DNA of 64,000 nt from contig JAMWBK010000010.1 of NCBI GenBank assembly GCA_029953675.1, positions 1,302,001 to 1,366,000 of the forward strand, written 5' to 3'. Numbering within the stretch: position 1 is the stretch's first letter; each line of letters opens with the position of its first letter. The notes under the pieces were generated by a model that saw only the letters and a program-made list of their open reading frames with translations, was not told the origin of the DNA and did not search any database. Both the position numbers and the translations under genes were made by a program. Source of the DNA: Rhodosorus marinus CCMP1338. Its lineage: Eukaryota > Plantae > Rhodophyta. Shown here piece by piece: positions 25,320 through 36,877 of the stretch.

Positions 25320-27689
25320 ATGGGAATGAGCTTTGTTTTTCCTGGTGGTTTTCTCCAGGAAACTGGGAACTCTCCACGAAAGAGAAGACCAAGATGCGGC
25401 AGCAGTGGTGGCTTTATTCAGCAATTGGGAGTTTCTGGACGGGTTGGAAGAACTGACCCGATATGTGGTTTGAGCAGTAACGAAGTGGGAGATTGGCTTG
25501 ATGATCGAGACACGTTGGATGATCGTGTGGGGTTCTCCAAAGATGATTACCTCACGCAGCCGAAAAAAAATCCTGGTGATCGGCTGCCTATTCCCCGAAA
25601 ACCTTGGGAGGGTAAGAAGTTATTCATTCCAGATGAGCTGCTGGCAGACCCTGTGTTCAAGTGGGAAGTTCAGGGGCTGATGGTTCAGCACTTTCGAGGA
25701 CGTCTCGACGAATCTTATTCAAAGGAAATTGATGCATATAGAAAGGACAGGCCTGAGGTAACGGAGGATGACCTGAAGGCACGTGCGGAATACCAAAAGG
25801 CAGCGAAGAAGGCAATTCAAGAGAATCCGCAAGACTGGTTGCTGAGAAATTGGAGGACAAACGAACCTGTTGACCTCGACAGTGTGTATAAGAATCCACT
25901 GCTTATGTTGAACACCTCCAAAGACTCTCTTAGGACTCTTTCAACACAGCCCCCGATGATAGAGCCAGAGGTTTTGGAAGAACTGGACGAGCTGGCAATT
26001 GACACTGTTCTGAAGCTGAAGCAAGACGAGCAGGAGAAAGGCTTGAACCTTGTGGAGTGTACAAAGTGCGGAAGACTTGCAGAAAGTAGAGAGTTGGTAC
26101 AGAACGGAAAGTGCGCGTTCTGCAACAGGGATGTGGCAGAGCAGAAGAGGCAAGCAATGGTGGAGGCGATGGAAAGCGAGGAAGGCTCAGAACCGCAAGA
26201 ATCGAAGCTTCCACGTCGGAACTGGCCAACTGTACCTTCGCGCAACTATCACATGACAGGGAGCTTCCTGATGCGGTACTTGCGCAACAAGATGCCGCTG
26301 GATATCAGCCAGGCGAATTGGTTGCTATGGATCGATCCGTCAAACTATTCAGAGATCCCTGGCGAGAGCTCGTTTCTTTCAGCAGAAGAGCGCTACCTTG
26401 ACGGGCACCTGAAACCAGCCTCAAAGCTTCTCTTCGAAGCCTCTCGAGAGTTAGACGACGAGGAAGAACTGGAAGATTTCGAAGAGGGAGAGGATATTGA
26501 ATACTTGGACAGAATGTACGATGGATGCGATGGTTGTGCAAATGTCATGGAATCGATTGAGTGCCTTCAGACAAGGGGTAAGTTACATTTCAAGCAAACT
26601 CTACCGGTGACGTTGGACTTGAGCAGCGCTCTGATGTCCTTGATGTAAATACTTGCAGTCCACGAGCTGAACAGCACAATGTACAGAAAAGACGACGTCT
26701 GTCTGGCCAGTGGTGCCGCAGGGGCATTTCGCGCAGCCTTGGAAGTTCTGTGCAGTCGGGGGGAGAACATACTTGTTCCAGAGCCAACGGACGGAATGTT
26801 TGAGTCCGTTGCTGAGTCGCTGGGTGTTGAGGTTCAATACTATCAAGTGGTCAGGCACAACCGCGAGTGGGGATTCGACCTGCAGGAGATTGCGCAGATG
26901 ATGAACTCTCATACTGCTGCCTTGATCGTAAAAAACCCGAACAGTATAGGCGGCTTTTTACACTCGAGGGAAGATCTCGCAGGAGTTTGCGATTTGTGCG
27001 GCAATTGCGGTGTGCCGATCATAGCTGACGAGGTCTTATCTGACTTTGTCTTTGATAGCTCCTGGATATCTCGTCTAGAAGAAATGGGAATCCCGAACCC
27101 GTCCAAGTCCCCCAAGTTCGTTCCGACGATGGAAGCTGCGGATGGAAAAGTACCCGTGCTCACTATCGGCGAAACTAGTCATCGATTCCAAGCTCAGCTG
27201 CTTCGGCTGGGTTGGCTTCTTGTTTCGGCGGATCCCTCTCAGATGAGCGAAGAAGTTCGATTTGCGCTGCGCACTGTCGGTACTGCTCAGCTTCCGCATG
27301 ATCTCCATGTCGTAGCGGGTTCGTTGTCCCAGTTCCTCGACCCGAGGAGCATCGCAGATGCCAGAGCCACGGTGGACAACATAAGTCAGAGCCTTACTTC
27401 CCTAATCTCTAACATACACCGCGACACTTTCGAGTGCTCTATCCCAAGTGCGGGAATGAGCGTTCTAGTGAAGGTGGACTTGGAGCGTTTCGACTTCAGC
27501 TCGACAAGAGACTTTACGGAATACCTCCTCAAGGAGCAGAACATTGGCATTGTTCCGGGTTCCGTTTTCCACGTTGATAAGTACTGCTTCCTGCAGCCCA
27601 CAACTTCCGCTAGGATGGGCCAGGCGTGCTACGAATTTCGACTGTTCCTGGACAGACTCTCCAAAACGCTGGATAAGAAACGGGCATAG
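25320..27689 (+). CDS. 762-aa plastid-targeted protein: unknown N-terminal domain, C4 zinc ribbon, and degenerate class I aminotransferase (TAT-like) fold; exons 25320-26577 and 26659-27689
   Basis: Phase-1 intron 26578-26658 (GTAAGT..TTGCAG, 81 bp) joins the 442-aa and 336-aa ORFs in frame. The TAT-like alignment (DPS..Y, DDVCLASG, GENILVP.P, LIVKNP, PIIADEV, RLGW, EQNIGIVPG) begins upstream of the intron. Confidence 0.8.
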
Positions 27690-28248
27690 CAGCTTTCCAA
27701 GCAAAGAAAAGGACCCTCCGAACGCCAATACCGTATCTAAATATAGACTAATTTTTTTTAATCTGAAACATGATTCCTCGCGAACCGTTTATCTCGCGCT
27801 CCAAAGTCATTGCCACAACAATCATGCTAGTCCGTGGAGATTAGTAGGTTCTATACCCACTCGGTGGGGGAGAACGGTTTGTGCATAACCCGATCCGATA
27901 GGGTCCATGCTTCTCTAGCATATGAAATTCCTAGTTTTGCTTCCTGACCCATTTCATCGTCTCCTCTTGCTGCAGCAAACTACGAATCCGCGGTCAAACT
28001 TGAAATCGACTTAAACCGTCCCAGCGAGCTGGTAGGTCACAGTTTAGTGGCTGCGGTTTTCTGTACAGTCATCTGATTCCCGTTCCGTTCAGTATCCATA
28101 GCATATCCACGGCGGTGGAATCCACATCAAAGTACCTTCAACGGTCCTAGGGGCCATCAAAAGCTAGGGTTTGCCAACAAAAAAGGGGTCTGGGGGCATT
28201 CACAAGCTCTTCAAAGATCATCTTCGGTCACGTCGTTCTTCCTGGTTC

Positions 28249-29567
28249 TCAGGAAAGGTCCCCGGTCCACAACTTCCAGCAGAAGCTCTGAAGTGTCCAT
28301 ACCATAAAGATTGAGCCCAGGGCCGCCACTGCATATGCAGCGGCGTTGGCTACGGCCAAGTTGGCTGGTTTGGCGCTGCGTTCTAGTGCCTTGACGTACA
28401 GCAGTGGAGGAATGATGAATGTTTGCAGGGTGTCCGTTACTCCACCAGCCAAGCCTATCAGCAGGGCGAAGTTTGGAACAGCGATTGCAACGGAAGAGAT
28501 GAACATGACAAGCACTGATCTGATCAAGTTCTTCGTGAGCAAGTTCTTCTTCGTGACGCGAGGGTTGTCACCCAGTATCGCTATTTCGACGTATTCTCGG
28601 GCTGGAGCAAGCATCAGAGTGAACGTTATAGCCAGATCCACTGATAAACCGACAGCCGTGAGTGTGAACAAATAACCCGAACCAACGTTTCGCAGAACGT
28701 TGTCCTTGATAGAAGATCCGTAGGCCTAACCATGAGCGACAAGAAGCATTCCTGAGGATTCTTTTCACAATAGGGCTGGCCTCGGAATGACAAAGAAGCG
28801 AGGACACACCGGCTTACCGCGTAGCAACCGAGTCCGAAGATTATGTTAATCAGCGCGCAAAAAGAAAAGCTCGCTGGAATAACGGTAGAGGTGAACTCGT
28901 CAGGGTGCTGCATCTCCCTCTCGATAGGAAGTGCGACATAGTGGATGCAGAACAAGAAAACAGCGGGGCCCCAGAAAAGTGGGAAGGTTTGCGAGGTGAA
29001 AGGAACAAAGCTCGGGCTTGGTTTCATTCCTCGTTCAAGCCAAATAGTAGAAGCATCAACCGCAACCGCCGCCATTGCCAAGAAAAAACATATGTTTCCG
29101 AAAATAGACCAAAAGGCAAGATGTTTCCACGTTCTGACCCAGCTTAGAAAGATGAAACAGGGCACTATCATCAAAATGACGTGCGTTGTTCTGATATCCA
29201 AAATCTCGGAGAATAGACCTCCAATAAATGTTAAATACCCAGCGCATGCTCCAAAGCACGAAAGAAACGTCGCAGTTCTTACAGTTACAGACCACTTATG
29301 TCCTAAAAGCTCGCCTGCAACCTCCGCATAGTTCATATTATACTCCGTACTCAAAATTCTCTTGGAAACTACCAACATCCAGACTGTCGCTGTTGCAACC
29401 AACGCGACAACACTCACTCCAATACCTCCACCTACATATCCAGCTTGCGCAAAAGCCCATGGTAAAGCAAATGATCCAGAACCTAGAATAAGCTTCACAA
29501 CATTCGCCATACCAGCTAACCTCTCCCCTCGAATGTCATCAACACTTCCATGACTAGTTCCAGCCAT
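28249..29567 (-). CDS. Amino acid transporter, AAAP/SLC36-38 (AVT3-like) family; intron 28817-28726
   Basis: NVVKLILGSGSFALPWAFAQAGYVGG, FPLFWGPAVFLFCIHYVALPIEREMQHP.EF, LIGLAGG...FIIPPLLY. Multiple TM helices. Confidence 0.9.
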
Positions 29568-29633
29568 CTTCCCGTTTCCTACTCTGCACACGCACCCCCA
29601 AAACCACGAAAGAAACAGATTCGCTGTTTCCTA

Positions 29634-29646
29634 ACACACACACACA

Positions 29647-29691
<45 letters not shown>

Positions 29692-29704
29692 GCTCGCTCG
29701 CGCT
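29634..29704. repeat. Compound microsatellite (AC)n-(CT)n-(CGCT)n in the transporter 5' region
   Basis: Direct reading. Confidence 0.95.
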
Positions 29705-29818
29705 CTAAGAGCCTCTGAAATGCTAATCCAGTCTCCATCCCATTGCAACCATTCCAAATAAAATCTCGAAACAATCCGGCCCTTCGCAACATAAAAACCC
29801 CACTGGGACCGTCGACTT

Positions 29819-29957
29819 CGAAAACAGATATTATCAATAAAACTAAATGTAAATTTGATGGAATCAGCAAACCTCCGCTCCGTTAAAACCCTACCGGACG
29901 GTGACACCGAAAACAGATTTTGTCAATAAAACTAAATGTAAACTTGTGATGGAATCA
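29819..29957. repeat. Imperfect direct repeat of about 48 bp, period about 89 bp
   Basis: cgaaaacagat(a/t)tt(a/g)tcaataaaactaaatgtaaa..tgatggaatca at about 29819 and 29908. Confidence 0.85.
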
Positions 29958-30371
29958 TTCCTGCCAGATATTTATCCGATGGGCAGATAGTAACTCAGCG
30001 TATGATTAGTTTTTACACGTCTAAGGGGTTCGGTGATGAAATCAAAATCGACGAAAATTATAGTGTTTTAAAAGGAGTTGTTGAAAGGGAGGCCGTTGAT
30101 ATTGATGAACGCAATCGGCTCTACACGTCATCCCCTGAAAACGATGTCCACTGTGGACGGCATAAATAGCGCATCCCCAGAGCGAGCGCAGATTTACAGC
30201 ACCAGAGAGCTAGGATCCTGAGGCCAAAAGGGCGAGGAGAAGGATGCCCTTTCCTCAGCGACGCTCGCGAGGGTGGTGATCAGCATGTTCTTCTAGTACT
30301 GGGGCGATGTCGTCATGATTTTCTGACGTGAGGTTCATCTGGTACGATTGAGAACAGTAGTATTTGTTGAG

Positions 30372-30721
30372 TTCCAGTAGTCAGGATCGAGAGGCATTCC
30401 TCCGTCCATCTTCGATATTGATCTTCGATATTGATGGCTGGCGTTTTCTCTCTTCCTTGAGTATTATGCTGCGGCTATTTTTTATTGCTTATCTTGTCGA
30501 GGACTTCAATCCAGGGCTAACCATCCGAAGGAGAGGAAAAACTACACGCGACGTAAGGAACCAACCTCAAGAATACGAGCAGTTGAACTTCGCCAAACGA
30601 GATAAATTCCAGTAGTCAGGATCGAGAGGCATTCCTCCGTCCATCTTCGATATTGATCTTCGATATTGATGGCCGGCATTTTCTCTCTTCCTTGAGTATT
30701 ATGCTGTGGCTATTTTTTATT
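30372..30721. repeat. Pair of 115-bp direct repeats (3 mismatches) separated by 120 bp
   Basis: 30372-30486 and 30607-30721, offset 235. Each copy contains an internal tandem tcttcgatattga. Confidence 0.95.
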
Positions 30722-31256
30722 TTTTTTCTATCGCCACGCTAGTTGCAGATGCCCCTCTCTGCTTGCGTTAATTTCCTCCGTCTCGGGGCGGTAATATTCG
30801 AACAAACTTGTTGTTTTTGTTGGACTTCTTCTTGGCAACGGGCGACTGGGAGCCGTATGTGGTGAAGAATTTGGCCGTATTAGACCATCGCCCGGTAAAA
30901 TGCGCAGCTGCTGATTGAATTTCGCGCTTGAGATCGCTATCCACCTAGACACCTCCTATTAGAGTAAAACAGAGCTTCATCTCGTGATTCAATCTTTTTA
31001 AGGCGTAAGAGATTGAACTCAATAAAATGATTGTACTTGGTCGATGGGATCTAGTGTCTCTGAGGCTGAAACGACGATGCCCTGCCAAGCTGATGATTAG
31101 TATTACAATCCAATTGTTTACATGACACAACAAGCAAGCAGGAGATATCTCTTGAATACAGGCGATAAAAAAACAGGAGATTTCATCCGCTCAATGCAGT
31201 CGATTTTGCGTTATCGGCTACTTGACCGCAGAAGTGAAGGCTTGAGTCGAGTTTCA

Positions 31257-32627
31257 TCATGGCACAATAACATCTGGGCCGTAATTCCACCTGTATACAT
31301 AGCTAGCCCCTCGGTCCTCCTTTCCCTCCGGCCCGGTGTCACATTTCGGACAACCAATAACAATATGTCGGTCGTCAATGCTGACACCCTTTCCAAACTC
31401 GTCCTCTGGTTGCGCGGTAACTATTCCGTTGCTGTCAGTCCTGTATATTTTCTTCACGATTCGCCACTCGTAGCCCTGGCACCTAACAGCAACGTAAACT
31501 GCTCCGCTTCTGGTACCCGATTTGTTGTCCCCCCACGCAGAAACCACAAGAACATTCCCGTAGCGAGACACTCGCTGCCCGAAGAAACTAGGTCCCTTTC
31601 TGTCCGGGTAGAAACTTCCAATTGTCTTGTATTCACCGTCGATCTCCTGATATAAGTACACGGATCCAGTATTATACCCTAGTTCGCTCCTTCCTCTTTC
31701 TCCACCAACAACGGCGATGCTTCCAAGAGTATGGACACCTTCGCCAAAGTGCTGCTCGTTGAACATCGGTCCAGCAGGACTGTTGGGCCAGTCCTCGTGC
31801 TCTTCCTTGTGTGGGTTAAACTTCTTGGTCAACTTCCACAAACCCTTAGCGTTTCTTGTGTAAAGATAAGCTCGCCCGACCCTCGCACTGCCTACTCTGT
31901 GCCTTGGCGATCCGACGATGAGTCGCGGAGTTAGGTTGGGGTTGGTTGTGCCGTGGAGGTGCACCTCATCTCCGTACTGGACGCTTGCAACACTTCCTCT
32001 CAATGTCTGCACAAGTTGCCATTCCCTTAAGCGTTTTCGCTCATATATATAGACAGCTCCGGCCTTGGTAATACCCTCATCCGGATCGTCCTGTCTACGG
32101 GCTCCGATAACGGCGGTTTCACCCTCAACTGCAACGGCGTACCCGAAGTACGCGGATTTCATTCCATCACCGTTTTCAGAAGGCGCGCTGAACGTGAACG
32201 TTCGTTTCCATTCGCCGTCGACGAGCTCGAACATATTGGCGGAGCCGCTCCTAGGACCGAAGAATCTCGTATCGAAAGGATGACCACCAATGATTCGATA
32301 TTTCGTCCCATCGGACCATGCGTCAACGTTCAGACCGAAGTACCCCCCATGAACTCGCTCATCGGGGAGAAGCTCGTCCTCGTAAATCCACTTTCCCTTC
32401 TCCTTTCGGAAAACCCACATCCCGCCTTGCCAGCCCTGGTACCCATAGCCACCCATAACCAGACGATTCTTAAACACTCGGACGTAGTGCCCGGCAAAAA
32501 TAGGCCCAGCATTCGGCCCGGCTCCTTCTGGAAGCAGCTCGCTCTGTCCAGTCAGCTCAATCGATGGACAGCGCAAACCAAGAACGCCGGCAACAAGCAG
32601 CAACCCAGCACAAACTAAAACTTTCAT
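31257..32627 (-). CDS. Secreted 7-bladed FG-GAP (integrin-alpha-like) beta-propeller, 456 aa, intronless
   Basis: Signal peptide MKVLVCAGLLLVAGVLG. Seven FG...(V/I)G.P...GAVYI-type repeats, e.g. YFGYAVAVEGETAVIGAR..GAVYIY and EFGKGVSIDDRHIVIGCP..GASYVY. Confidence 0.88.
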   Translation of the reverse strand: MKVLVCAGLLLVAGVLGLRCPSIELTGQSELLPEGAGPNAGPIFAGHYVRVFKNRLVMGGYGYQGWQGGMWVFRKEKGKWIYEDELLPDERVHGGYFGLNVDAWSDGTKYRIIGGHPFDTRFFGPRSGSANMFELVDGEWKRTFTFSAPSENGDGMKSAYFGYAVAVEGETAVIGARRQDDPDEGITKAGAVYIYERKRLREWQLVQTLRGSVASVQYGDEVHLHGTTNPNLTPRLIVGSPRHRVGSARVGRAYLYTRNAKGLWKLTKKFNPHKEEHEDWPNSPAGPMFNEQHFGEGVHTLGSIAVVGGERGRSELGYNTGSVYLYQEIDGEYKTIGSFYPDRKGPSFFGQRVSRYGNVLVVSAWGDNKSGTRSGAVYVAVRCQGYEWRIVKKIYRTDSNGIVTAQPEDEFGKGVSIDDRHIVIGCPKCDTGPEGKEDRGASYVYRWNYGPDVIVP

Positions 32628-34578
32628 TTTACTAAACAATTTTAGCCAACCGTATCCACCACAAAACCAGTCACTCAAGCACAGCCGCCATCGTAATCTG
32701 AACAGACCTCCGCTTAGACTCACCTCCTCCCCCTCACTCCTCCAATCCTTCACTCCGTCTTCATATGCGTATCGCGACCAGTCCTCACCGCCCAATGATT
32801 CAACAAAGTGTCAACAAACGTTCCCAAAACTCTCCAACTAGGAACGGCAAAATCCCCAACCTTCCACCTAATTTCGATCCAGTTCACCTCTTTTCTTCTC
32901 TTTTTTTTTTTCAAATCTTGTGTTTCTGTGTTTTCCAACTACAGTCAGTTATACAAAAATCTATTAAATTCTCTAAGCTCGCAAAAATCATATACATCAA
33001 ATTTTTAAACAGAAAATTAACCGTTCCCCGAAAATGATAAGATGCTGGTTAATTTCACTAACATGAATATTTGAAATGTTTCTCTGTTAGCTCCTCTCTT
33101 TTTTATCTTGTGAAAAACAAAGACAATCAATCAAACTGAACCGACTTCGACCGCGTTACGCATTTTTCAATAATAATTTGATAGAAGAGCAAACATCCAA
33201 ATAAATTAGAATTATTCTTGAAAATCAGGAAGTAAAAATAAATAAATATAGTAAATGGCTAGTAAACTTTTGCTCATTTCTGGCTAGCACACCACATTCT
33301 TCCCTTTTTTTTCCTCAAGCCTTTGCAAAAGTTGTTTCGTTTGTTATTTTTTCACGTATACGTTGTGACCTTTTATCAATCGAATTCGGCAGCTTATAAT
33401 ATGATAAAGATAATATATATATAAACTTTAGACCATATTATTTAGTTTTGACTCGCTTGTTCACAAAATAATGTACTAGTACCAGTTTTAGAGGCCTGGG
33501 AAGATATTGTCGACATAAGTAAGGAACAAAGGTTCTTGTTTTAGTACGCTCATATCGGATAAAATGTAAATTAGTGGGGTTTATTTAATAGGGTATAAAT
33601 GAATGATTTAATGTTGTTGGTGTACGTCCAAGAATTTTGACTCTGGATTTCTCTGACAAAGATACCAGAAGGCCGTACTGATGGTGCTGGGTTTGCGCCC
33701 GATTGGATAGACTGCGACCAATGAAGTATTGGTAGTTGCTCACTGGCACTTCTTTTATACAATGGGGATTAAAATTTTGCTTAAAGATCCAGGATGGATT
33801 GCAGATAGTTGCTGAGGGTTTTGCAGCACAGGATAGCCAGCAAGTTTGTCCGACTGAATGAGTGCGGTGCATTTTGCTCTGAGGATGTTCGTCTACACCG
33901 TATGGTTTGAGCTTGTTAGGGGACACAACTGCATCTCGGAAATTTTTTTTCTCCCACTCTCGTGGACGTGTAGCCTCTGGTAGTGAGGACTAACACCTGA
34001 GTGTCTCACCGGGAATTTTCCGAGCATGGGAAGCCACATGGTTATAACCATTTGCTGCTCTCGTCGAGGCAAACCCGGACGATCTTTGAAAGCAGGTAGC
34101 GGATACTTCTGTGGTAGAGCATGTGATATGGAGCGGAAACTCCACAACGTCGAAGTTGCCACCGTGGAACTGAATTCACAGTCGTCCCCTAGGAGCTCCG
34201 TTGGTTTTGCCCTCATCGAATAATCAAACGTTTCCAGCTGACCAAACTGCCAGAAAATGTAGCCTTTGTCATGTCTTTGAGGGCGATGCAATTTGCTCAA
34301 GTACTGAACAACTTACCCCTTTCCAACTTCAATACTTCGTGCAAACGTGGAAACGTACAAACATAGCAAAGGATGAATGCACTATTGTGTAGGAGTTGTC
34401 GCGAAGCCGATGGCTTAATGGGCATTGTCAGGAAACCTCGAGCATGATGCGAGAACCCGACCGCGGCGCGATACGAATTATTCTTCTTTCTGACACATAT
34501 TTTTCAGCACGTGGCGAAAAGCTGAGTCCGTACTTTGTTCTCGGGCTAGAAAATTTTGCATGGTACAAATCACTTTGT

Positions 34579-35428
34579 CAGGGGTGTCATATACCGTCCG
34601 ATAAAGGTTATCGGACGCGTCTGATAAACTCTTTCACATATCAAATGTTGAAATAATTATAAAATTACGCAGTATGCGTTTTTCAATTATTCAAAAACAA
34701 GTCTGATTATCGGTCCGATAAACTGTCCGATACTCAATCAACGCTACTGTATTAATCAATCATCTCTGGTCGAAGTATTGCATATTGATTATTTTTCATT
34801 GTGACAAGCTGTCACTCTGATATAGTGAATTGGGATTGTTTTTGAACTGCACAGACTGTCAGAGACAATCTAATGGTTCTAGGATGGTTTCTTAGAATGC
34901 TCACAAACAGGGGAAGGGGGATGGATGATTGCTGGGCACCTTGCGAAGCAGGCAGTCTTTGTCAAGAATCAATTTGTTCGAAGCCTATCTACCCTGAGGT
35001 GCGGAAAGGGAGACGCTGATGACGCGCATCCAACAGCAAAAGCTGCGTTCGAACGGCCAGAGAGTCAGAGACAGCTCCGTGAGGGGGACTGTCGAGACGG
35101 CCGGGGGGCATTGCGAAAAATACGGCGAAGCCAGCGAGGAGCAAGCAACACTGTCCAAAAGACGAATGCAAGTCGTTGTCAATGTCCCCGAATGGGCAAT
35201 TGAGGCTCAATCAACACTCGTCGTTGATTGAATGAAAAATGGGGATCTAATCGGTCCTTATCGGAAGCTTATCAGACAAAAAAAAAAATTCTTCTTCATT
35301 CAGGCTCCACAACTCGTATCGGACTCGAGCCAGAAGAAAAACTCTTAATTATTACGTAATTTCATGTATATGGAACTTTATCGGACACCAATGGACTTTT
35401 TTTATCGGAAGGCAATATGACAAACCTA
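34579..35428. mobile_element. Non-autonomous DNA transposon, hAT-like, about 850 bp
   Basis: Imperfect TIRs CAGGGGTGTCATAT-ACCGTCCGATAAA vs reverse complement TAGGTTTGTCATATTGCCTTCCGATAAA. About five TCCGATAA/TCTGATAA subterminal motifs at each end, mostly in opposite orientation. No intact transposase. Confidence 0.7.
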
Positions 35429-35850
35429 CTTCGTACCAACGACAGATTGACAGTCAAGTGGTCATCGTTCGCTCATATTCGAATATCCCTACATGAGCCC
35501 ATCAAGTAGATCTGAATACTCTCCTGGTTGGGGCTATCAAAGCCTAGGAGCAAAGAGTCGATGCGATAGTGTCCCCCAAAACTGCTTCCCAGGATAGGGC
35601 ATGGTGGCAGAGATCGACTTGACGCGAGTGTGCTTGGTTGTCAAACACTTCCATACGACCGACGGGGAAAAAATCGTGAATGCCGTATATTAGGTTGAGG
35701 ACATTGGAGAGGAAAAGAGGTCACAAACCATCCAACTTTCGAGAGACATTGAGCACTCCATTGCTCATCCGAGCAGCAAACTTAGCAAGGAAAGCGGATA
35801 TTGCTGATCAAACGTTTCCATCTCGCTTAGCTAGCTCATGGTCATGCACC

Positions 35851-35913
35851 GTGGTAGTATTGGGGAAAAGCCTGGTTAGGTAAGGTAACCAGGCTTTTTC
35901 ACACCATTACCAC
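35851..35913. other. Long imperfect inverted repeat / RNA hairpin (28-position stem, 7-nt loop)
   Basis: GTGGTAGTATTGGGGAAAAGCCTGGTTA-GGTAAGG-TAACCAGGCTTTTTCACACCATTACCAC; 25 of 28 positions pair (2 G-U). Confidence 0.85.
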
Positions 35914-36877
35914 TGCCTTTGCGCTTCGATTCGTCAAGACGTCTTATCTCAAACTACTATCACCGTTATATTAATCACTTCCAGATTCCTTTCGATCGGG
36001 AAAGGAACGAGATGGGGGTCCTAACGAGCAGTACGGATCATATAACTGATTTGGTAACGGCTTTTGTACGTGTATCTGTTGATAACTTGAGGTTTATTGG
36101 CGATCATAAGCGATCCCAGCGGAGGCATGTCTCCACCAGCGTTCCATGAATCCGCCAGACCTGTGCTTGGGTTCGGAATACAACTTGTACCGTACCGCTG
36201 CGTCCTACATCTTTCACAGAGCCTGAAATAGCTTAGTGCTGCGGGCTCGGTATCTTAAGAACGAAATTGCAGAGTCAAAGCACTGCACAGCAGCAGCTCG
36301 GTTCTCATTTCAAAAAGAACAGTCACAACAAAGAAGTCCTCGGGTCATCAGTACAGTTTTACTAAAGCACTAAAATCCCATCGAAGAGCGCTTGCGTCGA
36401 TACGCCGTTTTCCTGCAAGGAGCCGGTGGAGAGCACAGGCGAAATTTAACTGGACTGTATAGCCACAGAAGGTCCTACAGAAATATTCGTTCTGTTATCT
36501 CATCTACTTGAAAGCTCCTTACTTTGTTCTTGGTTTGTCTGAAGCTCTCTGGTCTAAGTTTTCGCGAGAGAGACTCTCCCTGCCTAGCATTAATGCGTAG
36601 CAACCGCTGGCCTTTGGGTAGGGGAGGAGACAGGAGGACGAGGTGGTAGTTCCCGGAGGTTCGGCATGCTAGAGGCTTTCCGGGACGAGAACTTTGGTTT
36701 CTTTTCTGAGCGAGCACTTGGGAGACAGTTTTTTGCTGATACCCTTCTTGAGGAAGATGGAGAGGAAGAAATGGATATCTTTTTTGGCGAAAATTTGTCA
36801 TTGTGAGTGAGAAATGGGCGTCTTGAGGGGGTTGAGTTTTCCGATTGGTTTTCCTTAATTCGCCAAGTTTGGGTAGA

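Noticed and set aside
25320-26648. 442-aa ORF and 336-aa aminotransferase as two separate genes
   Set aside because: A canonical in-phase 81-bp intron joins them and the aminotransferase N-terminal motifs lie in the upstream ORF.
29819-30721. Direct repeats as a CRISPR-like array
   Set aside because: Only two copies of each repeat, wrong sizes, eukaryotic context and no cas genes.
31122-31655. 177-aa plus-strand ORF and the many other antisense ORFs over MCM2, GPI, RBR, XPO7 and the PPR gene
   Set aside because: Shadow ORFs of well-supported genes on the opposite strand or in another frame.
34010-34656. Stop-poor frame containing RKCSLCH, suggestive of a MULE zinc knuckle
   Set aside because: The knuckle His is missing, there is no DDE motif, and the frame runs across the transposon TIR.
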